Shown here piece by piece: positions 24,646 to 36,810 of a stretch of DNA of 64,000 nucleotides. The first letter of the stretch is position 1; each line of letters starts with the position of its first letter. The notes beneath the pieces were generated by a model, which was not told the origin of the DNA, did no database searches, and saw only the letters and a program-made list of their open reading frames with translations. Origin of the DNA: Phaeosaccion multiseriatum (Eukaryota; Protista; Ochrophyta, other classes); contig OZ218956.1 of NCBI GenBank assembly GCA_965112735.1, positions 1,860,001 through 1,924,000 on the forward strand, read 5' to 3'. The translations under genes were made by a program, and so were the position numbers.

Positions 24646-25100
24646 GCCTCTGATAGCCTTAGCTTCGCTGCCTTGGTCAGCCTGCTGAGCGAAAGGGCTT
24701 TGCTTTGGGACGGACATTTCAGCCTGCCCGGCAGGTGTTTCGCACTGTCAGAGAGTGCCCTGTGGAATGTCACCAACCCCGTTCGTCAGGCTGCGTGCTC
24801 CCAAGTGTTCTGTACTCTATAGATAGAGGGAGTACAATGCCATTATACATACAGCCCCCCATCCTCCCCTTCTCCGTTCTTGAGGGACCATCGTCCCAAA
24901 AAAATAGAAAGTAGAGGGTGGAGAAATTCTTCGGTCACAATCGGCACCATAACATTAACGTTTAATAAAGTATAGACTGATCTCTGGCTTGAAGGGAGCA
25001 GTCAGTCAGTCTTCAGGCGCGTGTGTTGCACCACGACACGACACACTACATCATATGGACAGCACGGATTAAACATGTAGCAGGGCCTCTCTCGCCCTCC

Positions 25101-25141
<41 letters not shown>

Positions 25142-25144
25142 CGG

Positions 25145-26884
25145 TCACACTGAAACGGTCCTTCCTCCTTGGAACAGCGCCAGACGCCGCTGAAAGTAGA
25201 GGCATACGGGTCGTCGCACAGCCAGGGAGGGCAGACGCGACGCAGGCAGAGGGAAGGCGGGACAGAAAACGCAGCAGAGGCGGAGGGAGAGAGGAGAGAG
25301 AGGAGGCGGAGCAGTAGCAGTCAGACCTTCCGTCGAAGGACACAGGTTGGGGGGGGCAAATAGGCAACGCTTGAAAGTGGGAAGGCGCGGCCAGACTTCG
25401 GGTTGGTCGGTCGGTCTGGCGGATGGAGCTGGGGTGTGTGTGTGTGTGTGTGTGTCTGTGTGTGTGTGTACGTGTGTGTGGGGGGGGTACGGGTCAGGAC
25501 TTGGTACGATAGCAGTACAGTACCTTTATGTCTCTGTAGCGTCTGTACTCGTCCTCAACGCCCACGAGATCTGATTCGGTAGACACCTGTTCGAGCACAA
25601 GCACAAGTCACACACAGGCAGAGGGAGAGCAAAGCACAGCCAAGGGGGGGTGGAGTGCGCCGCCAAATATAGGAAACGTACTTCACAAAGACACGACTGC
25701 ATGGAGAGTTCTGACAACCACCCCCCCCCGCCTCCCCCTTTCACACAGAGGAGGGGACCTTTGACCACACAAGACAAGAAGAGTGTTGGCTCCAATACAC
25801 GCAACTCAAATCAAGCAGCAAACACAAAAGGCAAAATACAACAACAACAACAACAAAACTCAAATCTCTCTCTCGCTCCCCGTTGTTCGCATCCTTCCCC
25901 TCCCTTCCGCCATTCTTTTGCCCCTCCCGCTTCCTGACATACTACTCATCCAAGCCCTGACCGACCTGTCGCCCATTGGTCTGCATGAACTGCTTCTCAT
26001 ACGCCTTGAGGATTGCGTGAAGCCGCCTCTTCTCCTTGGTCAGCCCCTCCACATCCACGTCCAAGGCTCGCCTCTTGCTTACGCTTGGGCCAGGGTAAGG
26101 GCTCTGGGACTTGGCCTTGGCTCCATTGGCAAGAGGGTGGGTAGTGTTGTTTCTGCTGTTCGTGCTGCTGCTCGCACCTGCCCCAGCCTCTGCCCTGTTC
26201 TCTTCATCCGAGAGATTTTCATCCGCCTCCTCTTGCGGTTCGTCCTGCTGTTTCATGCTATCGAGGAGCGTGGTAAGGTCCTTCAACTCCACTTCCGCGC
26301 TGCGAATATCTCGCTTCAACCCTTTCGCCCCCAGAAAGAGAGAGGGAGAGAGAAGAGGGTAGAAAGCGAAGGGAGGAGGGGCGTAAGGTTTACAACAACA
26401 ACCTCAACACCAGTGGGGTATATACCTCAACACCAGTGGGGTATGTACCGGTCTCGAGGAGCGGAGGGAGGAGGGGCGTAAGGTTAGACCACGGATGAGA
26501 ACGCTCTCACTCTGGGTTCCAGTCCGAAACTTCGTTTGGTCTTCCCATATTGAATGCTTGCTCCCTTCCCCCTCATCGGCAGTCTATGGCATTTTGTCCT
26601 CCAATGCCCCAGACTCCAGTCGGATGAGCACCGCGCAGTTTCAAGCTGTGCTGCACACACCACATACACCTCCATCCATATACAGGCGAGGAGAATGCCC
26701 TCGTCTCCCTCCCTCCCTCCTCCCCCCCCCCATGCCGCACCATTATATCGCTCGTACTCCTCCCGCATGGGCTCTTTCTCGGCTTTGGAGGGCGCTCTGC
26801 CGTTCTCCTCAAAGAAGAGCATGTCGAAGTGCTTTAGATTCTCTTTCACCGCACACTTCTCCTCCTGCAACGCCTGGAGAGCCC

Positions 26885-26915
<31 letters not shown>

Positions 26916-28858
26916 GCGAGTGCGACGCAGAATACAAAGCGCATAATAAAATTAATCAATCAATCAATCAATCAATCATTGAGTGAGCGGGGAGAGCAGG
27001 GGAGGTGTTAGGGTTTTAGACATGGCCCCAACAACTTGCAAACAACTCCCTTCCTTCCCTTTGGGCTGCACAACACCACAGCCCATCCCCCTCCCCTCTC
27101 CAGAGCAAAGGAGGGGGGGAGCCCTACGCGCAACCAGGACAGGCACACAAACAGAGAGACAGACAGACAAACAGACAGACAGACAAACAGACAGAGAGAG
27201 AGAGAAGAACAGCGCCCATCCAGTGCCATCCATAGTGTTTCGACTCTTGACTCGATTGACACGGACTTCCCCCCCCCTACTTTCCTCCTTACCTTGAGTT
27301 TCCACGCAATCTCGAGCGCCTGTACTTCATGCACTGCCGCCGACGCCTCAACCTCATCCGACAGCCGCAGCAGAGGGTTTCCACCGTCGACACTCGCCCA
27401 GCGCCGCCCACCCCACCCCTGTTGCTTCCCCAGGCGCAGATCCAGTTCTACTGACTCTGAATCCTCCTCCTTCTCCTCCTCGACTGGGAAACCCTCCTTG
27501 GCCTCGCCTCCTCCCTCGGTCTGTGCGGGAGATGGCCAAGCGCCGTCGGACAAGGGGCTCAAGGGGCTGATGCTGTTGCCTATGACGCCCGGTGCCTGTT
27601 GCTGCTTGCCCCCCGACTTTCCAGCGGTACCAATCGCTGCTGCGGTAGAGCACTCCGAGGAGGGGGGGGGTGAGGAATTCGCGTTGATGTTGGACCACCT
27701 GTATGTGATAGCCATAGCCACGTGTGTCGTCCGTCAGGGAGGAGGAGGGCAAGGAGGAGGAGGAGGAGGAGGAGGAGGAGGAGGAGGAGGACGACGACGA
27801 CAAGGACTCAGCCATGGCACCCTACGTCAGCACGAGCGAGCACTTGAAGGTAACCATCTGCCATCTGCCCACCCCTCATGACTTAGCAAGTATCTGAAGC
27901 GAACCCACCTGCTCTGCTGCACAGGGGTGAGAAAGCCTTGCGGCCCTGACCCCGACCTAGACACCGACTCTGAGGGGGGTGGAGAGAGAAGCAGCGCCCC
28001 AGCAGGACTCAAGCTCGGGCTGCGCAGCTTCTGCAGAGAGGCAGGGCTAGCGTCTGTGGTTGTGCTGTTGCTGCTGCTGCTGCTGTTATTGCTGGTGTTG
28101 CTGCTGGTGCTGCTGGTGCTGCTCCTCCTGCTGCTGTCACTGCTCCTCCTGCGCCTGCCGTACCGGATAGCGTTCCAGCCCCAGCTGCTGATGCTGCTGC
28201 TGAGACTGCTAGTGCCCATAGGACTACTAATGCTGCTGCCCATAGAGCTAGAAGTACAGCTGATGCCCGTCGTATGACTACTGCTGCCGCTGGAGTGGTG
28301 CCGGGCTGTGCGAGGAACACTCGGGTAGGCGAGGCGGGACACACAGCCTCGATACAGCGCCTGCACCCTGCACGCTGCGTCGTGCCGGATAAGCTTCCTC
28401 CACTGCTTGTATTGGCCGTATGTTGACGCCAAGGGAGCTCTCTCACGCCCTGATGAGAGGGGAGGGGGAGGGGGGGAGGGAACCTGAGGTTCGGGTGTTT
28501 GGAATGTTCAGGGGAGAACGACAAGTGGGCCACGCCACCACCACAAAAAACAATCCGTCCCCTCCTTCTCCTGCTCCTCCTCCTCCTCCTCCTGCTGCGG
28601 CTGCTGCTACTTGTCGGGAAAACAGAGGAAGGGGTGCAATGTCTTTGAAGGCATTCATTCATGTGGTGCTTCCACAGACCTACCCTTGGGCAGGTGGCCG
28701 TATCTGCTATTGAAGCTCTCCTCGTAACGTCTGATCTGTGACCGGAGCACTCGCAGGGCCTGTGTGATGGCGCGGCGGTCCCTGGTGTCGGAGATGCTCC
28801 CCTCCATGGCCAGGAAGCTGCAGATGGCACCAGATGGGACAGGAAAGAACAGCACACA

Positions 28859-28899
<41 letters not shown>

Positions 28900-31076
28900 A
28901 AGTACGAGGGTACATAAGGCAAACATGTCATGCGGCGGTAGGCATGGAACGGTTAGGAGCGGTTACGTTCTGAGAGACAAAACACACGCATGCGACACCT
29001 CTCCATCGTGTCAGGACACTTGGGTCCGTTCGTGGTGCGTGCCTCGTGTGCGTGCGTGTTTCGGTTCTTCTCACCTCAGTCCCATCGGTGACGTCACAAA
29101 GTAGTCCACTCTTGCTGCCGCTGCCGCCCCCCCGGGCTCGTCCTCCTCGTCCTCTTCTCTCGGGGGGGCCTTGACCATGTCCACGAGAGCAGAGCGGCGA
29201 CGGCGGAACTCGGGAGGGGTCCGGGACGGGGTGCGGGCAGCAGCAGCAGCAGCAGCAGCAGCAGTGGTAGCAGCAGCACCACCACCACCACCCGCAGCAG
29301 CAGATGGTGATACAGCAGCACCTCTACCTCCATATACTCGCCTTTGAGGTATGTCCAGCGCCTGCACTTGTGCCTTCTCCTCGTTGCCAACCACCTTCGC
29401 AGCGGCAGCACCTCCCCACCCACTACCTCCACCAAAAGCAGCCCTCCACCCCCTCGCTTGTCCGGCGGCGACTATTGGCTCAGGTGTCTTCACTTCTGCT
29501 GCTCTGCCTCCAAAGCCCGTCGTCCCTGCGATCTCCCGCTCCACAACGCTGTCCTCCTCCTCATCGGACGAGTCGCATTCCCCCTCATGGAAGAGCAGAC
29601 TCACACTGCAAATATAAGCAGAAAACATACACACAAACACACAAACACCCGTACACACACACACACAGGAACATATAGAGAGAGCCCTATCATGTTAGGG
29701 GTGTCAAAGGAGGCTGTGGACGTAGCGCACACACACACAACATGGGCATGGTTCCGTGGGCATGACGCTGCAACAGACAGGGGGGGGGGGGGGGGTGGCT
29801 GTGCCCATTTGTCTACCCACCACACACACAACCAACCTCAACCCCCAACTGCGCAGTACAAGCACAGCACAAGCACAGTCGGGTACCTACCTGTCGTTGA
29901 GGAGCCGCTGCAGTATGTTAATGTCCAGCATACCCCCTCGCTGGCGCACGCTCCTCATAATCTTCTCCGAGTGGTCTGCAGCAGCATCGATCTTTCGCCC
30001 TTCTCCTCCCCCCCTATTGCCTCCTCCTTCTCTTCCTCCTCCTCCTCGCCGCCGCCTTCGATGGATCTCGCCTTCCCCTCTTGATGCTCCAATATCGATG
30101 GCACTGACACTCAGTTGCGCCTCTTGTTCGAACACGCCCGGATCATCAATCATTGCTCGCTACGTTCGTTACGTAAGGCCCAGGGCAATAATGGCACAAT
30201 GTGGGGTGCAGCAGCGAGGGGATCGAGGGGGGTTCCTTAAGTCATTAAGTGGGGCGCTCGGCACCGATGAGAACGTAAGGGGACAAGTCGGGAAGCGAAC
30301 AAGTAGCACTCGTCAGCCAGTCAGCCAGTCTGTCAGTCACCACGCACGCACGCACGCACTCACTCACTCACTCACCACCACGGAGCTAATCTTTTTAAGG
30401 TCGAGTGCGTGCCTAACCGACATGTAAGCGGACCCCTCGGGGCGACACACCACAGGGGCGAACACGCCGGCCAAACTATCAGAACTCATGGAGTTCACGG
30501 CGGCCTCCCTGGGATGGCAGTGGATGGGGTGGGGGGGGGGAGCCGGTGGATGTGTTGGGTACGTGGGTGGGTGTCAGGACCGTAGGTGGGGGCGGGAGTG
30601 GTTAGTAAGGTATGGCAGCGGATGTCGAATGTTAGGAACCTTCCATCCATCTCTGTCTCCCCCTTCCCTCTCCCATCTGAATGAGCGGAGCCTCATCACC
30701 CCTCACCCCTACACCCCCTCCTTCCTCACCCCTTACCTCGTGACTTGCTGCAGAAAGTCCATGACGAGCTGGAGCAGGCGTCGCTGATCCTCGTCAAGCC
30801 TCTCCACGAGATCCGCCACCTTCTCTCTCAAGATGGCAGCAGAAGGCTCCGATCGCTGTCCTGCGGGGGGGCTGTTGCCCGATGTATCCATCGACTTTCG
30901 CGGCCTATCGAGAGCATGCACAACAGCACAAGGGCATTTAGGACGGCAGGGGAGGGAAGGAGGGTACGAAGATCCTGACCAAGTCGGACGCACACTTCGT
31001 CCCTACCTTCTCCTCGGCTTGAATCTGTTCTTCTTCCCACTGAGCTCCAATGCTTTGGTATCGTCATCCGCAGAAG

Positions 31077-31110
<34 letters not shown>

Positions 31111-32158
31111 TGTTCCCGCCTCTACCACCGACGAGTACAGCCGGAAAGGCACCAGCGGCTGAGGCAGTCTGTGCAAATGCCACACGACCAGACCTGTGGG
31201 TTACAGCAGCCCACAAAACACCTCACAGGAATTAGTTCAGCCCTGCGGCTTTGTGTTTTGGGAAAGCAGTAGGGCGAGGATGATGCCAAGCAGCTGACAA
31301 AATGCAACTCGCAAGATCCGCACGCACCTGCCAAGACGTGGGGACTCTCCTCTTCTTTGAGCTTGTGCAGCCCTTCCGCGCACGTGCGAGTGTAAAGCGT
31401 CCGGATCTCCGTCAGGCTGGCAGACTGCCCGAACAGCTGTGCTGTGTGCAGACCTGTCACACGGGAAGGGAGAGAGGAAGGGGCGGAGGGGTCGTGGGAA
31501 AAGGAGTGGTGTAGCAGAGGAGTGAAGTGGGGGCGTTGGACTTTGGACAGCAGTGCATGAGAAAGGGAAGAGGAAAGAAAGTGGTGCTGCGCGGAGCCTG
31601 ATTCTTTCACAATTTCTCCCTTGTACACCCTCATCTCTACTCCGTCACTACTTCTTCGGCCGCTGACCTCCACATCGCCACTCTCCTACTTTGACTACCA
31701 CACCTCGCCACTCTCCTACTTTGACTACCACACCTCGCTACTCTCCTACTTTGACTACCACACCTCACCACTCTCCTACTTTGACTACCACACCTCGCCA
31801 CTCTCCTACTTTGACTACCACACCTCGCCACTCTCCTACTTTGACTACCACACCTCGCCACTCTCCTACCCTGACTACCACACCTCGCCACTCTCCTACT
31901 TTGACTACCACACCTCGCCACTCTCCTACTTTGACTACCACACCTCGTCACTCTCCTACTTTGACTACCACACCTCGCCACTCTCTTACTTTGACTAAAC
32001 TACTATCACACCCTTACGACTGCAAATCCGAAAAAGGCAAAATAGGTCAACGGCGGAATTGTGGCGCAAAAGCCTCAGGGAGGGAGCTTACCTCTGCACT
32101 GTAGCTCCTTGAAGGTGGCCTCAAGGAGATCCCAGCTTGAAACTGAATTTCCCTCCAT
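25145..32158 (-). CDS. FAM13-like RhoGAP-domain protein with IQ motif (many exons)
   Basis: N-terminal RhoGAP-like exons ([58 protein letters not shown]). Three FAM13-type repeats ([13 protein letters not shown]; [31 protein letters not shown]; [16 protein letters not shown]...EYRRYRDIK). IQ-like [11 protein letters not shown]. The last exon (25145-25189) is inferred. Confidence 0.78.
31670..31997. repeat. 30-bp minisatellite x~11 in intron 1 of the FAM13-like gene
   Basis: Unit CCACACCTCGCCACTCTCCTACTTTGACTA, head-to-tail, with scattered single substitutions and no spacers. Confidence 0.95.
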
Positions 32159-32828
32159 GGGCGCTCTGCCACTTACTTAAACGCTCGGCCCTCGTCGAAT
32201 TTTGTTTTGTTCCTTCACCGTACGCCAACTTGGAGCACCAACACGCAAAGAACCCCCTCGGGGTTGGATCGTTTCGACATCGCCGCCCTCGATATCCGCC
32301 CTCCCTTTGTCTAAAATTCCCTTCAAAAGAGACCTGGAGAAGCCACGGGAGAGAGAGAGAGGGCTATACTGGTGCTTTGCTACTCGTATCTATCTATCCA
32401 GGGACTTGCCGCTCGATGGGTACCGTGAATACGTGGGGAAAATAGGTCGAAGTGCTCGATGTAAAGGACACTTGAGGACGTCCTCTTGCTGTGGTTCTTA
32501 CTCTTTTAAGTGTGCCCACCTGCACCGCAGGCAGGCAGGCACCCTCGTAGCCCAGTATTTGTACGAGCAGCAAGGAGGAAAGCAGAGGTGTCGATAGGCT
32601 GTGGCAACGGAGGGGGAGTAGGACATACCTGGCGCTTGTAGCAGCAGGAGCAGGGAGTAGGAGCAGCAACATCAGTGGAGGTTAAAAAATCTCTCTCTTG
32701 ACGGCCAAGTGCTGTTTTCATCAGGCTCCTGTTTCATCTGGCTAAACTTGCACCCATCCCAATACCAGCGGAGAGCAAGAAGCCGCAGCGGGAGAGCCAT
32801 AGACTCCTTTAGGGCAGATAGTGGAAGA

Positions 32829-35040
32829 ATGACGGGCTATAACAACAGCAGCAGTAGCAGCATGCACCGTCCGCGCCACGCGGAGCCCGCGGGGCCAGGA
32901 CAGAGGTGGGGAGCCCACGCAGACTGGAGTGGAGGGGACAACACCGGCGCGGAGAGCGGTGGTGGTGGTGGTGGTGGTGGTGGTGGTGGTGGTGGTGGAG
33001 GAGAGGGGCTTGCAGGTATGGGGGCACGAGCACGTTCGCTGCCGGTGATGGAGACCTTCGGTAGTGTGGGAGGACTAGGAGGGGCGATGGGCCCGTCTGT
33101 GGCGGACGTGATGGACCGACGCGACCTTGATGCCAAGCTCAATGGTATGCTGTCCATTGCGCACACCCACTACAGCGAAGGGCGGTACCGGCAAGCGCAG
33201 AGCGTGTGCGAGAGCGTGTATGCCACAGACGCGCAACGGACAGACAATTTGCTCTTGTTGGGGGCGGTGCACTTTCAGCTGCGCAACATCAGCGAGTGCA
33301 TCTTCTACAATCAGCAGGTGCGTGGGTATTGGACTGACAAGGTGGTGGGGGGGGTATTCCAGTCAATCAAGCTCAACCCGTCAGTCAGTGGGTCGGTCTG
33401 TTCGGCAGGGTATCGCTCAGATAGGGGGGGGGGGGGGTTAGGGAAGAGGTCCAGTTTTGCGAGGGAGGGGGGGCATGAAGCAGGAAAGCCGGTGATGCTG
33501 CGGAAGGAGAGTTTCCGCAGCGAAGGAGGCCTCCGCAGTTGGATGGGGAGCACAGCAGGACTAGCGCGCCCTGCTCTTGGACCCCAACCTCTGTCCCGCC
33601 TCACCCCCCCCCCTGTCCGTTCGTCCCTCTTGTGCCCTCCTCCACTCATGGCTCTTCGGATGATCCCTCTCTCTCTCTCTCTCTCTCTCTCTGTGCGTGT
33701 GTGTGTGTGTTTGTGTGTGTATGTGTGTGTGCATTGGTGGATCAGTGCATACGAGTGGACCCCCACTTCGCAGAAGCGTACAGCAATCTAGGCAACGCAC
33801 TGAAGGTCCGTCGGAGGGAGAATACGTCCCTGCGCCTCCTCCTCCTCCTCCTCCTCCTCCGCCCTCTCTCCCTCCCCCTATCCTGCACCTCCTCATCGAA
33901 GCTGTATTATACTCTCCTCTCCTGTATTGGACTGAGTCTGCCGCAATTTCCATATGCTGATTCATAAAAGTGTGCAGTCTATCCGTTCCTATATCCATGT
34001 ATCTATGCATCTATCCATCCATCTATAATCCATCTATCCATCTGTCTATCAATCTGTCTATCAATCTGTCGATCCATCTATTTATCTATCTGTCTATCTA
34101 TCTGTCTATCTATCTATCTATCTATCTATCCATCCATCCGTCTATCTGTCTATCTGTCTTTCTATCTGTCTTTCAATCTGCCTTTCCATGTTGTCCTTAC
34201 CTTATCTGACCTCTGTCTGCGGCGATGATGGCGATGCCTCCTCAGGAGCTCGGTGACCTCAATGGAGCGGTCCAATTCTACCTCAAAGCCATCAAGCTGC
34301 AGCCTCGCTTCAGCGACGCGTACAACAACCTGGCCAGTGCCAACATGCAGCTCGGGCAGACCAAAGAGGCCATCGCTACCTACCAGATGGCGCTGGTGAG
34401 GCAGGGAGGAGAGGGGGAATATACTGACTTACGGGAATCAACCTAAGAATTACGTATTCGTTTGTAAGAGAGTCAGGGAGAAGTAGCTTGTTAGTTATTG
34501 CCTCTTCCCCGGGGGGGGGGGAAGGGGCAAGGGGGAGGAAGAGTGGCCCCGACCCTAACCCTAACCCTGACCGTAAACCCTGACGTGTATCACCAACTGC
34601 TGACCCTGAACCCTGACCCTGACAGGTGCTGAACCCCGCTCTGGTGGACGCGCATAGCAACCTCGGAAACCTCTACAAGGTGCGTGAATGATTGGATGGC
34701 AATGGACAGCGATGGATGGTAATGGATGGCAATGGACAGCGATGGATGGTAATGGATGGCAATGGGGGGTATGGCGCGTGCTCATCTAACACTGTTTCTC
34801 ATGTGTGTATGTGTGTGTGTGAGGTCCATGCCAGCCTCCCTCTTCCTCTTGTTCTTGTGCAACGCTATGTCTCGATCAACAAATCGATCGTCGCCATTGC
34901 TGGATGTCTCCCTCCTCCTCCCTCCCCGCCCTCGAGCCTCCAACCTTAGAAGATAGGACGGTGTCCGTGTGTCATCTCACCCCACCCCCTCTTTGCCAAT
35001 GGTCACACTTGCCTTGCATGTGCCGTTGGTCCGTCTCTCC

Positions 35041-35090
<50 letters not shown>

Positions 35091-36778
35091 GTGTGTGTGT
35101 GTCTATGTGTGCCCATCTCTCTCTCTCTCTCTGTCGCCCCCTGTCTGCCCACCTGCCTACCTTCTATCCCTTAGTCTCAAGGCGCTTTGGAAGATGCCAA
35201 GCGCTGCTACCTCGAATCCATCCGCATCAAACCCGACTTCGCCATCGCGTGGACCAACCTTGCTGGCATCTTTAAGGAAGAAGGCCAGCTCGAAACAGCA
35301 GTGGCGTACTTCCGAGAGGCCATTCGCCTCTCCCCTGCTTTCGCTGACGCCCACAGCAACCTCGGAAACACCCTCAAAGAGCAAGGTCGGATTGAAGAAG
35401 CGATTGAGTGCTATCAGACCGCAATCAAGCTCCGGCCGGACTTTGCCATTGCTTATGGGAATGTGGGGAGCTGTTACTATGAACTGGGGCGCTTGTCAGA
35501 GGCCATCACCACCTTTCGTTACGCCATTCAGCTCGAACCCAACTTCCCCGACGCATACAATAACTTGGGCAACGCGGTGAGGGAGGCCGGGGAACTGGAG
35601 GAGGCCATTAGCTGCTACAGGACCGCTCTTCGGCTGCAGCCCGACCACCCACACGCCTACAACAATCTGGGGAATGCGATGAAGGATAAAGGGTTGGTGA
35701 AGGAGAGCATTCACTGCTACGTAACCGCCATTCGTCTCATGCCCAAGTTCGCGGCGGCGCACAGCAATCTCGGCAGTATACTCAAGGAGCAGGGCAAGAT
35801 TGAGCAAGCGCTAGCTCACTACCATGAGGCCATTCTGGTAGACCCTCTCTTTGCCGACGCGTATAGCAACATGGGCAATGCGTACAAGGACATGGGGAGG
35901 TTGACGGACGCCATCAAGTGTTGTAGCACCGCCATCAAGATCCGTCCGACTTTCGCAGATGCGTACAGCAGCCTCGGGAATGCCTACAAGGACGGGGGGC
36001 AGCTGGAGGACTCCATAGCGTGCTACAGACAGGCTTTGCAGCTCCGGCCGGACTTCCCCGACGCCTTTGCGAATCTCGTTCACAGCCTCATGTCTGTGTG
36101 TGATTGGAGCACGCGGGAGCAAGACTTTGCCAAGCTCTCTGCCATTCTCGAGTGGCAGCTTGGGGGGGGCGTAGCAGGAGCGGCCGTAGCAGGGGGAGGC
36201 GGAGGCGGAGGCGGAGGCGGAGGGGGGGGAGGGGGACGAGGGGGACGAGGAGGGACGGGCGGCGGGCGGAGCCACAGTTCTGTCCTCGGCCCCACAATAG
36301 CAACAGCAGCAGCAGCAGCAGCAGAAGGAGGAGGAGGAGGAGGAGGAGGAGGAGGAGGAGGAGGAGGAGGAGCAGCAGCAGCAGCAGCAGCAGGAGGAGG
36401 AGGAGGAGGGGGGGGGGGGGGGGGGGGAGGGAAGAGTGGCTCATCCCCGGGGAGTGGAGAAAAAAGCATGAGTGTGCGTGCCGGAGGAGCCCTCCCTTCC
36501 GTGCAGCCCTTCCACGCCCTCGTGTATCCCCTCTCCCTCGCAGAGATGCTCGCCATCAGTCGAAGATACGCACAGAGAGCGAAGCGAAATGTCGACCTGC
36601 TCGATATGCCCGCCTTCCACTTCCACCCCAAGCCCAAGGGGAGTCGCATCCGGGTTGGGTATGTGTCGAGCGACTTTGGCAACCATCCCCTCTCCCACCT
36701 CATGCAGAGCGTGTTTGGCTTGCACAATAGGGATGGCTTTGAGGTGACATGCTTTGCGCTCTCGGCCAGCGACCACAG

Positions 36779-36810
<32 letters not shown>

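Noticed and set aside
31670-31997. 30-bp repeat array as a CRISPR array
   Set aside because: Units are contiguous with no unique spacers, no cas genes are present, and it lies in a eukaryotic intron. It is a minisatellite.
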